A DNA stretch of 63,979 nt, filler included, from Stramenopiles sp. TOSAG23-2 (Eukaryota): the NCBI GenBank assembly GCA_900128395.1. It is 7 parts of 7 records of this genome, joined end to end, with 100 filler letters (N's around TTAATTAATTAA, not from the genome) between each part and the next. Parts side by side here need not be neighbours in the genome. Positions count along the whole stretch, not along the records: positions 1 to 9,148 come from LT650122.1; positions 9,249 to 18,385 come from LT650123.1; 5 more parts are not named here. One strand, given 5' to 3'. Positions 1 through 10,002 of this stretch are shown in pieces; position 1 is the stretch's first letter; each line of letters opens with the position of its first letter. The translations under genes were made by a program, and so were the position numbers. The notes under the pieces were generated by a model. It saw nothing but the letters and a program-made list of their open reading frames with translations, made no database searches and was not told where the DNA came from.

Positions 1-2
1 TA

Positions 3-3000
3 TTCTCTTGACCCGTCACTCATCCATGCTTTATTTTGCTCATCGTAATGAGCCATATCAAAACACGATTCCTGGTTTCTTATAGGCATGTTTACACAAA
101 ACCAATTCGGGTTGAAACCACCGTATGTTTCGCATTCGTCGATGCTATCCAGATTACAACTCTCGTATTCATCAGTTACATGGAGGTTATAGCCCTCAAC
201 CGTGTCATTGTACGACACGGTGCTAGCTGTTTTTACCAGCGTATCGGTTTCCGGTCCATCGCATACTATTGTTAGGTCTAATGTCCAAGCCGTACCTCTT
301 GTAACAGTAAGTACGAAGTCAGATATCGAAATACTGAATACATCACTAGCCGTGCTACTGCCTAACCAGTTGGTTTTGTCTACGGTAGAAGGACACACAA
401 TCCCTTTTGCCATTAACTGTATTGTTTTTGATGTTGCTGAAGGTGATGTGCCTACATTAATCGATATACGCGATGTCGATAGCTTGTAGTAGTAGAAAGA
501 TGGATTGTTTTCATGTTCAATGTTATTGATTGCCTCGTCGGATAATTTTGCAAACCCTGAATATTTTGGACGTCCATCGAGATGGATGTCATTCACACCT
601 TTCGTATTTATATTGTAAGTACCAGTGTCAGTTTGAAGAATAGGTATCCAACCTATTCTTTTAGGTTGATATTTACCTGCGAAACATAGCTTACAAGCTT
701 GCTTTCCTTCTTCATTTTGATACTGGCCATCTGGACAAACTTGGCAATCGTTAAATGCATCGGTTATAACACCAGTGATACCATTGGATGCATCATAAGA
801 CATTCCATCTGCATGAGGATCTTGTGCTCTATAACGCCCTTTTAAGCACCCATCGCAACGGTTGCTTGAAATGTGGAAGTTATACGTTATAATTTTTTCA
901 TGTCGAACATCAAACAAACGTGAGATTTCGTCAGCGTTCAAACATGTTTTGTGCCAAATGCGAAGAAACGCTATATTGCCATTGAAATACGTTGTATCTG
1001 CGCGGCCAATATGGTGATTGGTCCTTTGCGTTAAGAACGGCAAGACTCCAATCTCCAAATGTTTAAATAAATTTTTATCTTTGTATATTTTAATTGACGA
1101 ACCTTCAAATGTTATGACAACATGAATCCATTTGCTAGTCTCCCAAAATGAATCTGTTCGTACATTAACCTCTTTTAATATTCTTTCATAGCATGCTCTT
1201 GTCGGTGTTGCGGTAGAATCAATAGCTAAAGTATCCGCTTGAAACACGCATTCTCCAACATCAAACTCTGTTTCCACGTTATTAGGATCCTCCACTATTT
1301 GAAAGAATCCGACACAATCTGGTATAGAGGAGCATTTTTTCTTGCACATTTCAATTGTACCAAAAAAATCTTTAACAATATTTTCATTGCCTGCACCAGA
1401 ACCAGCACATGTGGTGTGTTTGTGTACATGATAGTCATTGCCACCAAACACATTTAGATGAGCTGTACTGTCCGTGTTGCCTACATAGGGAGCATTTGGG
1501 TCATTGCCAAAATTTAAAGTGCTTTTCTTGCTAGTGCCTTCGTCAAAACTGAAGACAGAAAATTTGCTCGATATGTCATTACATTTAACATACGTCTCAA
1601 TGCTCATTTTGCCACCCCATGTCCAATCACTTACGTCTACGTAAACATCCGAACCATCGAAAGTAGCACCACTTTCATATGTTAAAGCCGTTATATCACT
1701 GCCATGCGAAGTTGCTTGAATAGCAGCGTCGTATTCATCAAGTACCGTCCATGATGTAGCAGATGATATTCTCCTAAATTCCCATTCATGATCGGGTATT
1801 TTTGGAACGTTCCCTCGGCTTCCTACGTCTTTGGAATCGATTCCAAAAGTATTGACGTACAACGCGTTTGAACCGTCCAAGTTTTGGCTGACGCTAACTT
1901 TAGCACCATGGGACCAATGGTGATAGGAATCTTTCCTGATAATGACTTCAATTTTTGTTGGCATATTATTATAAGTAACTGTGGCATGTGGTTGCACAGT
2001 TGTTGACCCATAACCAGAAGTCCATACACTATTTTCATTTTGGTCAATTAAATTTGCAGATGAAGACGTTTGGGGTTTGATACGCGCATCGTTTTGATAG
2101 GCATATACTTCCGCAATAGACAGATCATACATTTGATTATTGGAAAGCGTATCTCGCCAGAATCGTATGTGAAAAGGCCCGGCTAAATTATGAAAATCAT
2201 AGGAATATTTCCCACTATTACAGACTAAGCAATTAGTTTTAGAGACATGATCAGCAACTATTGTAGCATCATTATCCAAGTGCAATCCTTGATCGCACAC
2301 AACACATTCTGTTGCCCCTGTATAATCCATATATTTGCCTTTTGAGCATATTGTGCAATCATTCAACGCATCAGCTGTCAATCCTGTAAAGCCATTCTCT
2401 CCATTATAATTTTCTCCGTCTGTATAGTGATAATGGCGATACCGCCCAATTTCACAATCTTTACACGAGGTACCACCAGGAATATCTTGGTATTTTCCAC
2501 TATTGCAAATAATACAGTCTGCAATAGAGTCTGCAATGAAATTATTGACCCACGGTGCAACCCATTTTGAATTATCGCCATTGCTACCGACGACGATTTC
2601 GCGAAAAGTACCTGCTGGACAAGCTTTGCATACCATTTCACCCATTTCATCTTGGTATCGACCAGAATTACAAACATTGCAATCAGCACGTTCATTTGAA
2701 ACATCCAGATTCGAATCCAGATCTGATGCACCATCAGCATTAACATCTAGCATTATATCTTCTTGCATACACGCATAATAGGTTGGGTATGTTTGTGTGC
2801 TGTCTCTAAAGTTGCCAATTGCAAAATCCTCTGGGTCTCCGTACGTGTCGTCGTCCACTTCCCAACCATTTTTATTCCAATAACCACACCAAATCTGCCC
2901 TGGATTTGTCTCATCGCAATGACCGCCCTTAGGATTCGATGGAAGAGTAACAGATTTGTCAAGATATAAAGATTCAAGTTTGTTAATAGGGCCGCTACTA

Positions 3001-6000
3001 TCGTACGTGTGCCATAATGGTAGAATTATGGATGCTTGATCATCTGGAAAATCTTCTATAAAGGGATGATGTGTGTCCCATAAATATCTTTTTACGACTA
3101 ACCAAGCCTCTTGCCGTTCAACACCCCGACCCGGTGCTGTAAACCCTCTTGATGTGCAAAAGTCAATCATTTTTTCTTTTGTATCAATTTCCGTCGCGAC
3201 GGTTGGATGAAACAATTTTACTCTCCAATAATGACCAGAATCTGTGGTTACGTCACAATATACATTGAATCCATTTATACTAATATCCTCATTTTTAGTT
3301 GCCTGTGCGCATGTTTGCAAGCGCTGGCAGTATTTTCCATAATATACTGCACCGTCTATTAACGTTTCTGTATCCGTTCCCGCGTTAGGGTTGAATTTTA
3401 ACCAATGCAAGCCATTTGCGTCAACGGCATCAAAGTTGTTTGTGTAGCAGCCACTTGGTCTAGTACTATCAGCAGATGGGAGAACTTGAATCCCCCAAGG
3501 TGCATGTGCACCATTATCCGGCGAATAATCTGATGAGTAAGTCAATTTGGAGGTATCCATACCCAATGCTACTGCAGCCTCCAGACATCTATTTGGGGAT
3601 TGAATATCCTCGTAACCGACTGTGTCTGAGCATTTTTGCCCTGCATTGGTGTTTAAAAATAGAAACTCTTGCCTTCCTCTTTCATCCCACCGCACTCCAT
3701 CTTTTCCGCTAGAAACAGGGCGTATGGAACCAGCAGGACAATTTTTACATTCTGTCATCCCATGTTCTTCTTGGTATTTACCAGATGCACACACGTAACA
3801 ATCTTTTTTTTCATTTGCAAAATCTTCCTCAACGTTGAGTACTCCATTCCATTTAACAAGGTCATTTGTATGAGACTGTCGTATTGTACCACTTGGACAG
3901 TCTTTACAATATGTCATTCCTTCCTCATCTTGGTATTTTCCGCTGTCACATACTATGCAATCTGTTGAATCGTCTGCAATAGCAATGAATTTATTTGTAT
4001 AAATCCAAAGTTCCACTTGGTTTTCCCCATCAGAAGTTGGCCCTAGAATTGGATATGAGCCGACCTCGTACGCACCAAGACAATAATACGAAGTACTGCT
4101 GTCACCAGGTGACCCATCTATCAAACAGTCATTAGTATTACCAGACAAGGCTAAGCCTGCCCAACCATTACCAGCGTAATCCTCATGGATAGCGCTGTAG
4201 CCAGTCACACTAGTAGATGTTGCAGGATTAGAGGTTTGTTTCCATTCATTGTAGCCAGTGTGAGTTGTGCTCATAGGCCATAAAATTTTCATATGATATG
4301 TCCCATCATCATTTTTGTAATCGTTTATGTTGCCCAAATTACTATAATCACTTTGAGTGGGATCATCTGGGTTTACAGATAATTGCCCATTGCCATATAA
4401 ATCATCCCATGGATTTTTATTCTCTAGCACTGTTTGACGAAATAATAATACCCATCTATAATTCCAATGTTGCTGATCTTGATTTTTATTTTGAACTCTT
4501 CTAGTCCCAGGTGGACATTGTTTACAAATGGTTTGCCCAATAACATTTTGATATTGACCAGAAGCACAACTTTGACAATCTCTTTCTTCATTTGCAACAC
4601 TGCGATAACCGTATGGTGAAGTTGTCGTGTAATGATCTGAGCATGGCGGGTCTGAACATGATGTATACATATCGTCTTGGCAACTTTCAGAACGTGTTCC
4701 TTTTAAATAATGCGCATTGATGCCAATATTACCATCCTTATCGTTCGCAGATGCGCAGCATCTGCTAAAGTTGTTGTTGGGGCTAAATACAAATGGAAAG
4801 TTGTGCGGACACCGGCTGTTATAAAGGTTGTTGTAAATAGGTGTATAAATTTCACCATATATTTCAATTTCGCATAATACAATCCAATCTTTGGATAAAA
4901 TTTGAACAAACTTACCAGTTGCTCCAGTGAAAAACAAACGTATTCCTGGATGGTCACTTGCGCTTTTCCAATATGCGGAAACATTCATAGCATGCGTCGT
5001 ATCAGTTTCATCCCCGTCATCACCTATTTTAATCATCCAACCTGATGATTGTTCGTAATGGCCAGGAACGCTTGGGTTATTTCTTCCGATCAAATAAATT
5101 TCTGTAATAATTTTGGTAGCAGTAAGTTCAATTTTTATCCAAGAATGTTTGTTTTGCGTATGTGCACATTTACCATTGGCTGCATTTTCATATACACCAT
5201 TATTATGATTGCCATCAATGGCTTTTGATGCATCACCGCTCCATTCAACCGAAGAGCTTGTAGCTTGAGGAGCGCATGAGCATGCATCACTTTGCCAAGT
5301 GCCACCAGGATTTGGGCATGATACTACGCCTAAATTTTCATATTTAGGGCTGTTTACCGTATATTTATTCACGCAATCAATATCAGTACTGCAGTCACTT
5401 GCACCGGTCAGGCAGCCATCATAGGAACCGTAACAATAAATTTTACTATCTTCTTCAAAACCAACACATATGTTATTCTTGCAATGGTGAGGACCAAAAC
5501 ATCTCTGCGACGTTGCTAGATTAAAACGATTGATACCATATCCATCCCATGGTTTCAGATCTGATTCTACTACTGCACGCATGGTACCGGCTGGGCAATC
5601 CTTGCATCCAGTTTGCATTTCTTCCGTTTGATATTTCCCTGATTCGCATACTAGGCAATCCGCTTTCGTAGCTGCGACCAATCGATCCCCAGTACCGCTC
5701 AGTGCTAGTTTTTCAAATGTAATCGGAAATCGATAATGTATTTTGCTAGAGGTTTTTTGAATGCAACTGTAAGCACTGTTAAAATAGCATTCGTTTGGGT
5801 TAATATTTTTGTTGTAATAATACGTATTGCTTGAATCTACGACGCAGCCAGACGGTCTGTCAACCCAATCATCAGAGCTACTAAATGTGTTACTAATGGC
5901 TTCGCATTCAGCTATTGAGACACTTAAATCTGGTACCCCTGATTGTTCGACGTAATACGTCCCAGTTGGTACAATATCGCCTCCCCAATAAGTAGTATTT

Positions 6001-9000
6001 AAATCTACAAAGCTCCCGCTCCAATATATGCTACTACCATCCATATTGGCACTATCGCATGATTTATACGTTTTGTAATTACCATTGTCCTGCAAGCTAA
6101 TGTAGTTACAATCACTATCAAGATCACATATCCCTTTAGTTAGTTCAAGCCAATCATGGAACTGATTGCTGAAGTAGGATGCAATAGCCACATCTGGGCT
6201 AAAAAGAACATTACCTGAATTTAATTCTTCAGCATGGCTATCGGAATGACAATTCCCAGTTGCGTAAAAATGATAAGCATGAACACCCACAGAAAATTCA
6301 TGGGAAAACATTTGGATCTCCGATATTTGAAGCTTCGAATCATCTGGCCCATTTAATTTCGTAAATTTAAATTTATAATGTACGTAAGAAACCACCGAAC
6401 CTATGCGGATTACATAAGATGCTTTTCTTCCTGGGAAGGCTGGTATGGTGTATTGACCTATAAAAGCCCATGTGCCATCTGCTGCTGGTTTCGATGAATC
6501 ACTAGATCCATATACTTCCATTTCTGTTGGATCTCTTTCTGGATAATTACTACCCGAGTACAGCCTTATTTTATTGCACGGATTTCCATTAGTTGTCAGA
6601 GTGAGACCACTATTTACTCCTCCGTTATTTACATATTGTTGATCAATGGAATTATCCATCGCGTTATGAGCTTCTTCCCCCGCATTGGACGCCCCACCGA
6701 AGGAGTCAATAGACCCAACAACAATGTGTGGCATTTGTTCCCTTCCATTAAAATAACCATTCAACCCATCCCAACGAGCACCATCATTGCCACTACTCAC
6801 CGTTCTACGCGTTCCAGATGGGCAGTTTATACAGGACATTTTTCCAATTTCATGTTGATACATGCCTGAAGGACACACTTTACAATCGGCTTTTTCATCT
6901 GCTACATTGCGATTGCCACTAGTCACTCCATCCCATGCTGTGCCATCATGGCCTTCTGAGGTATATCGCACCGTGCCCGCAGGACAATCCACACAAACGG
7001 TCCCTCTTTCATTATGTTGGTATTTTCCCGAAGGACAAACTGTACAAAATGAATATTCATCGGCAACATGCCTATCTCCTACACCATTGCCAGATACACC
7101 GCTGTCGTCACCATCCCAAAAATTATCATCATTTCCATAACTTATTTGACGCACTGTTCCAGCTGGACAATTTTTACATTCTAATTTACCAATTTCTTGT
7201 TGATACATACCTGATGGACATACTTTACAATCAGCTTTTGTATCTGCAACTAAGCGGTCACCGATACCTCTTCCAGTCCATCTATTGGAGTTTGTACTTA
7301 TCTGATCAAGGCCATTATTATTTAATACATGTAAACCACCAGACCATATCAAATCAGCTGTATCACCTTCAGATTTACCTAATGGATGTGTACCACTAAG
7401 TTGAATACATCGTACAGTTGTACTTGTAGTAAATGTTACTTTAAACCATGCTTCATCTACATAACATGGATCACAGCTTGGCTCCCAATATTGATTTGTA
7501 GTAGATAGTAATGCTGTTGCACAAGGTGTTGTACCACTTTTTGTTGTAGAGCAACTAATCATAGTACTTGTTAATACAATTTCATTAGAAACACTTGTTA
7601 ATGGTATTGAATCAGAACATGTATCATCTGTAAAAAATTGAACATTGTTTACTTTTGGTCTACCACCCATTTTATATACTATACTACCAGTCCAAGTATC
7701 TGTAGGTGTTACATCGCATAAAATACATGTATCAGTAGCATCATCAGGATGAAATGAAAAATATTTACAATTAGTATCTAATTTGCATTCATCAAGACAT
7801 GCATCAAATGACATTTTTCCACAAGTGTTTCCACTACCATCAACAGTACTACAGTCAGGTGGATTAGCAGTACCAGTAGCACATTTTTTATTTTGATCAG
7901 ATTCTACATAATATCCAGTTTGTCCAGCATTTTTGATTTCCCAAACTGTAGCTGTATATTGATCACCACTTAGTCCACTATCCCATCGTTTGCTATCTTC
8001 GTATTTATCGTAATACCGTATTGTACCTTCTGGACAATTTTTACATTCCATCAAGCCATCTTCTTCTTGGTATCGACCCGATGGACATACTTTGCAATCG
8101 GATTTTGTATTTGCAACTAAACGATCTCCTAACTCTCCACTCGTACCAGCTACGGGTAGAATTTTTTTATACGTAACTGGATACCAATATCCAACAATAC
8201 CATCCCATACAACATTTTGTTCATCTACTATGACATCAACTTCGTTATATACTTTGTTACTAAGGCCATTTTCAATACAAGTGTATGTTCCACCACAAGT
8301 AACACCAGTTGCTGCTTTATTGTAATAAATATTTGATGATCCATCTGTAAAACATCCTTTTGGATTATTAATATTTACATGATGATTACCCTGCCATGTT
8401 AAGCTATTATCAGTACCATATCGTTCACATTCAATTTCCGATACTGACATATCTGGTGGACTTGAATCTGTTTTCGTTACATATCCAGGTGTACATGCAT
8501 TTTTATATAGCCTATAATCACCATCATTCCATACACTTACATATTCACAATTTGAATCACTATTACATTTTGCTGTTGCTGTTAATACATATTGTTGAAA
8601 TGCATCACTAAAATACGAGCTTATTGGACCATTAATTGTGTGCGTTGATATTAAATTACCACCACTTTCTTCACAATGACCTATGGTAAATTCATGAAAT
8701 GTATCTAATACATTTGCACCATTCCATACATCATTATCCGATGTATCAACATATCGAACCGTACCTTCTGGACAATTTATACATTCTGTTTGTTTATTTT
8801 CATGCTGATATTGACCTGAATCACATACTTTACAATCTTCTTTTGTATCAGCTACATTACGATTACCACTTGAACTACCATCCCAATCGTGACCATCGGA
8901 TCCTGTAGTTGATGGTCGTCGTGTTCCAGCTGGACAATCAATACAATCAGTTTGTCTTTCATTATTTTGATATCTACCAGCTTCACATACTTTACAATCA

Positions 9001-9146
9001 GTTTCATCATCTGCTTTTGTACGGTCACCATCATTTCCACCACTATCACCATTCCAATGAATATCATCATCATTTGATGATATAGCACGTATGGTTCCAG
9101 CTGGACAATTTTTACATTCTAATTTACCAATTTCTTGTTGATACAT
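3..9146 (-). CDS. Giant (>3,040 aa, partial at both ends) cysteine-rich repeat protein (GCC2/GCC3 or ephrin-receptor-like CxxCxxGxYQ...CxxCPxGT repeats) with inserted LamG/ConA-like, fucolectin/F5-8C-like, fibrinogen-C-like and PAN/apple-like modules
   Basis: Manual translation from ATG 9146 gives MYQQEIGKLECKNCPAGTIRA...DCKVCEAGRYQ. The same frame is open at spot checks near 5600 (DCLVCESGKYQ...CKDCPAGT), 4450 (WVLLFRQT), 1130 (SKWIHVVITFEG...FNGNIAFLRIW) and 3-140. Its absence from the ORF track is consistent with no stop before the window edge. Confidence 0.85.
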   Translation of the reverse strand, partial: MYQQEIGKLECKNCPAGTIRAISSNDDDIHWNGDSGGNDGDRTKADDETDCKVCEAGRYQNNERQTDCIDCPAGTRRPSTTGSDGHDWDGSSSGNRNVADTKEDCKVCDSGQYQHENKQTECINCPEGTVRYVDTSDNDVWNGANVLDTFHEFTIGHCEESGGNLISTHTINGPISSYFSDAFQQYVLTATAKCNSDSNCEYVSVWNDGDYRLYKNACTPGYVTKTDSSPPDMSVSEIECERYGTDNSLTWQGNHHVNINNPKGCFTDGSSNIYYNKAATGVTCGGTYTCIENGLSNKVYNEVDVIVDEQNVVWDGIVGYWYPVTYKKILPVAGTSGELGDRLVANTKSDCKVCPSGRYQEEDGLMECKNCPEGTIRYYDKYEDSKRWDSGLSGDQYTATVWEIKNAGQTGYYVESDQNKKCATGTANPPDCSTVDGSGNTCGKMSFDACLDECKLDTNCKYFSFHPDDATDTCILCDVTPTDTWTGSIVYKMGGRPKVNNVQFFTDDTCSDSIPLTSVSNEIVLTSTMISCSTTKSGTTPCATALLSTTNQYWEPSCDPCYVDEAWFKVTFTTSTTVRCIQLSGTHPLGKSEGDTADLIWSGGLHVLNNNGLDQISTNSNRWTGRGIGDRLVADTKADCKVCPSGMYQQEIGKLECKNCPAGTVRQISYGNDDNFWDGDDSGVSGNGVGDRHVADEYSFCTVCPSGKYQHNERGTVCVDCPAGTVRYTSEGHDGTAWDGVTSGNRNVADEKADCKVCPSGMYQHEIGKMSCINCPSGTRRTVSSGNDGARWDGLNGYFNGREQMPHIVVGSIDSFGGASNAGEEAHNAMDNSIDQQYVNNGGVNSGLTLTTNGNPCNKIRLYSGSNYPERDPTEMEVYGSSDSSKPAADGTWAFIGQYTIPAFPGRKASYVIRIGSVVSYVHYKFKFTKLNGPDDSKLQISEIQMFSHEFSVGVHAYHFYATGNCHSDSHAEELNSGNVLFSPDVAIASYFSNQFHDWLELTKGICDLDSDCNYISLQDNGNYKTYKSCDSANMDGSSIYWSGSFVDLNTTYWGGDIVPTGTYYVEQSGVPDLSVSIAECEAISNTFSSSDDWVDRPSGCVVDSSNTYYYNKNINPNECYFNSAYSCIQKTSSKIHYRFPITFEKLALSGTGDRLVAATKADCLVCESGKYQTEEMQTGCKDCPAGTMRAVVESDLKPWDGYGINRFNLATSQRCFGPHHCKNNICVGFEEDSKIYCYGSYDGCLTGASDCSTDIDCVNKYTVNSPKYENLGVVSCPNPGGTWQSDACSCAPQATSSSVEWSGDASKAIDGNHNNGVYENAANGKCAHTQNKHSWIKIELTATKIITEIYLIGRNNPSVPGHYEQSSGWMIKIGDDGDETDTTHAMNVSAYWKSASDHPGIRLFFTGATGKFVQILSKDWIVLCEIEIYGEIYTPIYNNLYNSRCPHNFPFVFSPNNNFSRCCASANDKDGNIGINAHYLKGTRSESCQDDMYTSCSDPPCSDHYTTTSPYGYRSVANEERDCQSCASGQYQNVIGQTICKQCPPGTRRVQNKNQDQQHWNYRWVLLFRQTVLENKNPWDDLYGNGQLSVNPDDPTQSDYSNLGNINDYKNDDGTYHMKILWPMSTTHTGYNEWKQTSNPATSTSVTGYSAIHEDYAGNGWAGLALSGNTNDCLIDGSPGDSSTSYYCLGAYEVGSYPILGPTSDGENQVELWIYTNKFIAIADDSTDCIVCDSGKYQDEEGMTYCKDCPSGTIRQSHTNDLVKWNGVLNVEEDFANEKKDCYVCASGKYQEEHGMTECKNCPAGSIRPVSSGKDGVRWDERGRQEFLFLNTNAGQKCSDTVGYEDIQSPNRCLEAAVALGMDTSKLTYSSDYSPDNGAHAPWGIQVLPSADSTRPSGCYTNNFDAVDANGLHWLKFNPNAGTDTETLIDGAVYYGKYCQRLQTCAQATKNEDISINGFNVYCDVTTDSGHYWRVKLFHPTVATEIDTKEKMIDFCTSRGFTAPGRGVERQEAWLVVKRYLWDTHHPFIEDFPDDQASIILPLWHTYDSSGPINKLESLYLDKSVTLPSNPKGGHCDETNPGQIWCGYWNKNGWEVDDDTYGDPEDFAIGNFRDSTQTYPTYYACMQEDIMLDVNADGASDLDSNLDVSNERADCNVCNSGRYQDEMGEMVCKACPAGTFREIVVGSNGDNSKWVAPWVNNFIADSIADCIICNSGKYQDIPGGTSCKDCEIGRYRHYHYTDGENYNGENGFTGLTADALNDCTICSKGKYMDYTGATECVVCDQGLHLDNDATIVADHVSKTNCLVCNSGKYSYDFHNLAGPFHIRFWRDTLSNNQMYDLSIAEVYAYQNDARIKPQTSSSANLIDQNENSVWTSGYGSTTVQPHATVTYNNMPTKIEVIIRKDSYHHWSHGAKVSVSQNLDGSNALYVNTFGIDSKDVGSRGNVPKIPDHEWEFRRISSATSWTVLDEYDAAIQATSHGSDITALTYESGATFDGSDVYVDVSDWTWGGKMSIETYVKCNDISSKFSVFSFDEGTSKKSTLNFGNDPNAPYVGNTDSTAHLNVFGGNDYHVHKHTTCAGSGAGNENIVKDFFGTIEMCKKKCSSIPDCVGFFQIVEDPNNVETEFDVGECVFQADTLAIDSTATPTRACYERILKEVNVRTDSFWETSKWIHVVITFEGSSIKIYKDKNLFKHLEIGVLPFLTQRTNHHIGRADTTYFNGNIAFLRIWHKTCLNADEISRLFDVRHEKIITYNFHISSNRCDGCLKGRYRAQDPHADGMSYDASNGITGVITDAFNDCQVCPDGQYQNEEGKQACKLCFAGKYQPKRIGWIPILQTDTGTYNINTKGVNDIHLDGRPKYSGFAKLSDEAINNIEHENNPSFYYYKLSTSRISINVGTSPSATSKTIQLMAKGIVCPSTVDKTNWLGSSTASDVFSISISDFVLTVTRGTAWTLDLTIVCDGPETDTLVKTASTVSYNDTVEGYNLHVTDEYESCNLDSIDECETYGGFNPNWFCVNMPIRNQESCFDMAHYDEQNKAWMSDGSRE

Positions 9147-9148
9147 AC

Positions 9149-9248
9149 NNNNNNNNNNNNNNNNNNNNNNNNNNNNNNNNNNNNNNNNNNNNTTAATTAA
9201 TTAANNNNNNNNNNNNNNNNNNNNNNNNNNNNNNNNNNNNNNNNNNNN
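9149..9248. other. Artificial contig linker (N-TTAATTAATTAA-N, six-frame stop)
   Basis: The identical 100-nt spacer recurs six times, and the intervening contigs decrease in length (9137, 9113, 9112, 9087, 9071). Confidence 0.98.
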
Positions 9249-9650
9249 ATGGATTTCAAAATTTGCCGGATCGGGCTTTGCCGGCATGCCGTGGCCACCC
9301 CTGTTGATTGACGCACGCGAATCGAATTCCGATTTCTTTTTTTTTTTGGGAATTTCCAAAGGCCGGCCGGCGGCTCTAAAATAAGTATGAATATTACTAT
9401 ACCAAAACGTAAATAAACTATTTCGAATACGGAATTAGAATAGCATTATATATTCATTGTTAATTTTGATCTTTTTTGATAGGAAGGTTCTCTATCGAAT
9501 TCGCAGAAGAAGAAGACGACACAAGAATTCTTCTTAATAAATTCTAACAAATATATATTGTATTCAATGTTTTATGATACACAAGAGATGTACAACAAGT
9601 AACAACATTTATATAGCTAGTACGACGGAAAGAAACGTGATTGACATAGG

Positions 9651-9886
9651 TTTATATATATATATAATATATAGTTTGATCCATCTGCCGTGTGAAATTT
9701 ATAGATATATATATATAACATATAATATTCATATTTTAGATTATTATTATTAGTCATTCTTCATCTTCTTTATATATATATATAATATATAGTTTGATCC
9801 ATCTGCCGTGTGAAATTTATAGATATATATATATAACATATAATATTCATATTTTAGATTATTATTATTAGTCATTCTTCATCTTC
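9651..9886. repeat. Tandem duplication, 118-bp unit x2
   Basis: AGTTTGATCCATCTGCCGTG... occurs at 9673 and 9791. Confidence 0.9.
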
Positions 9887-10002
9887 AATATTATATTTAT
9901 TGTTATAAAAATATAGTTATCACTTTTTTTACAATATAATACATACGAAACGAAAATAGAATCATACGTATATATATATATATATAAACAAAAAAACAAA
10001 AT

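Noticed and set aside
36..9088. The many short ORFs listed in contig 1
   Set aside because: They are shadow frames of the single giant minus-strand ORF.
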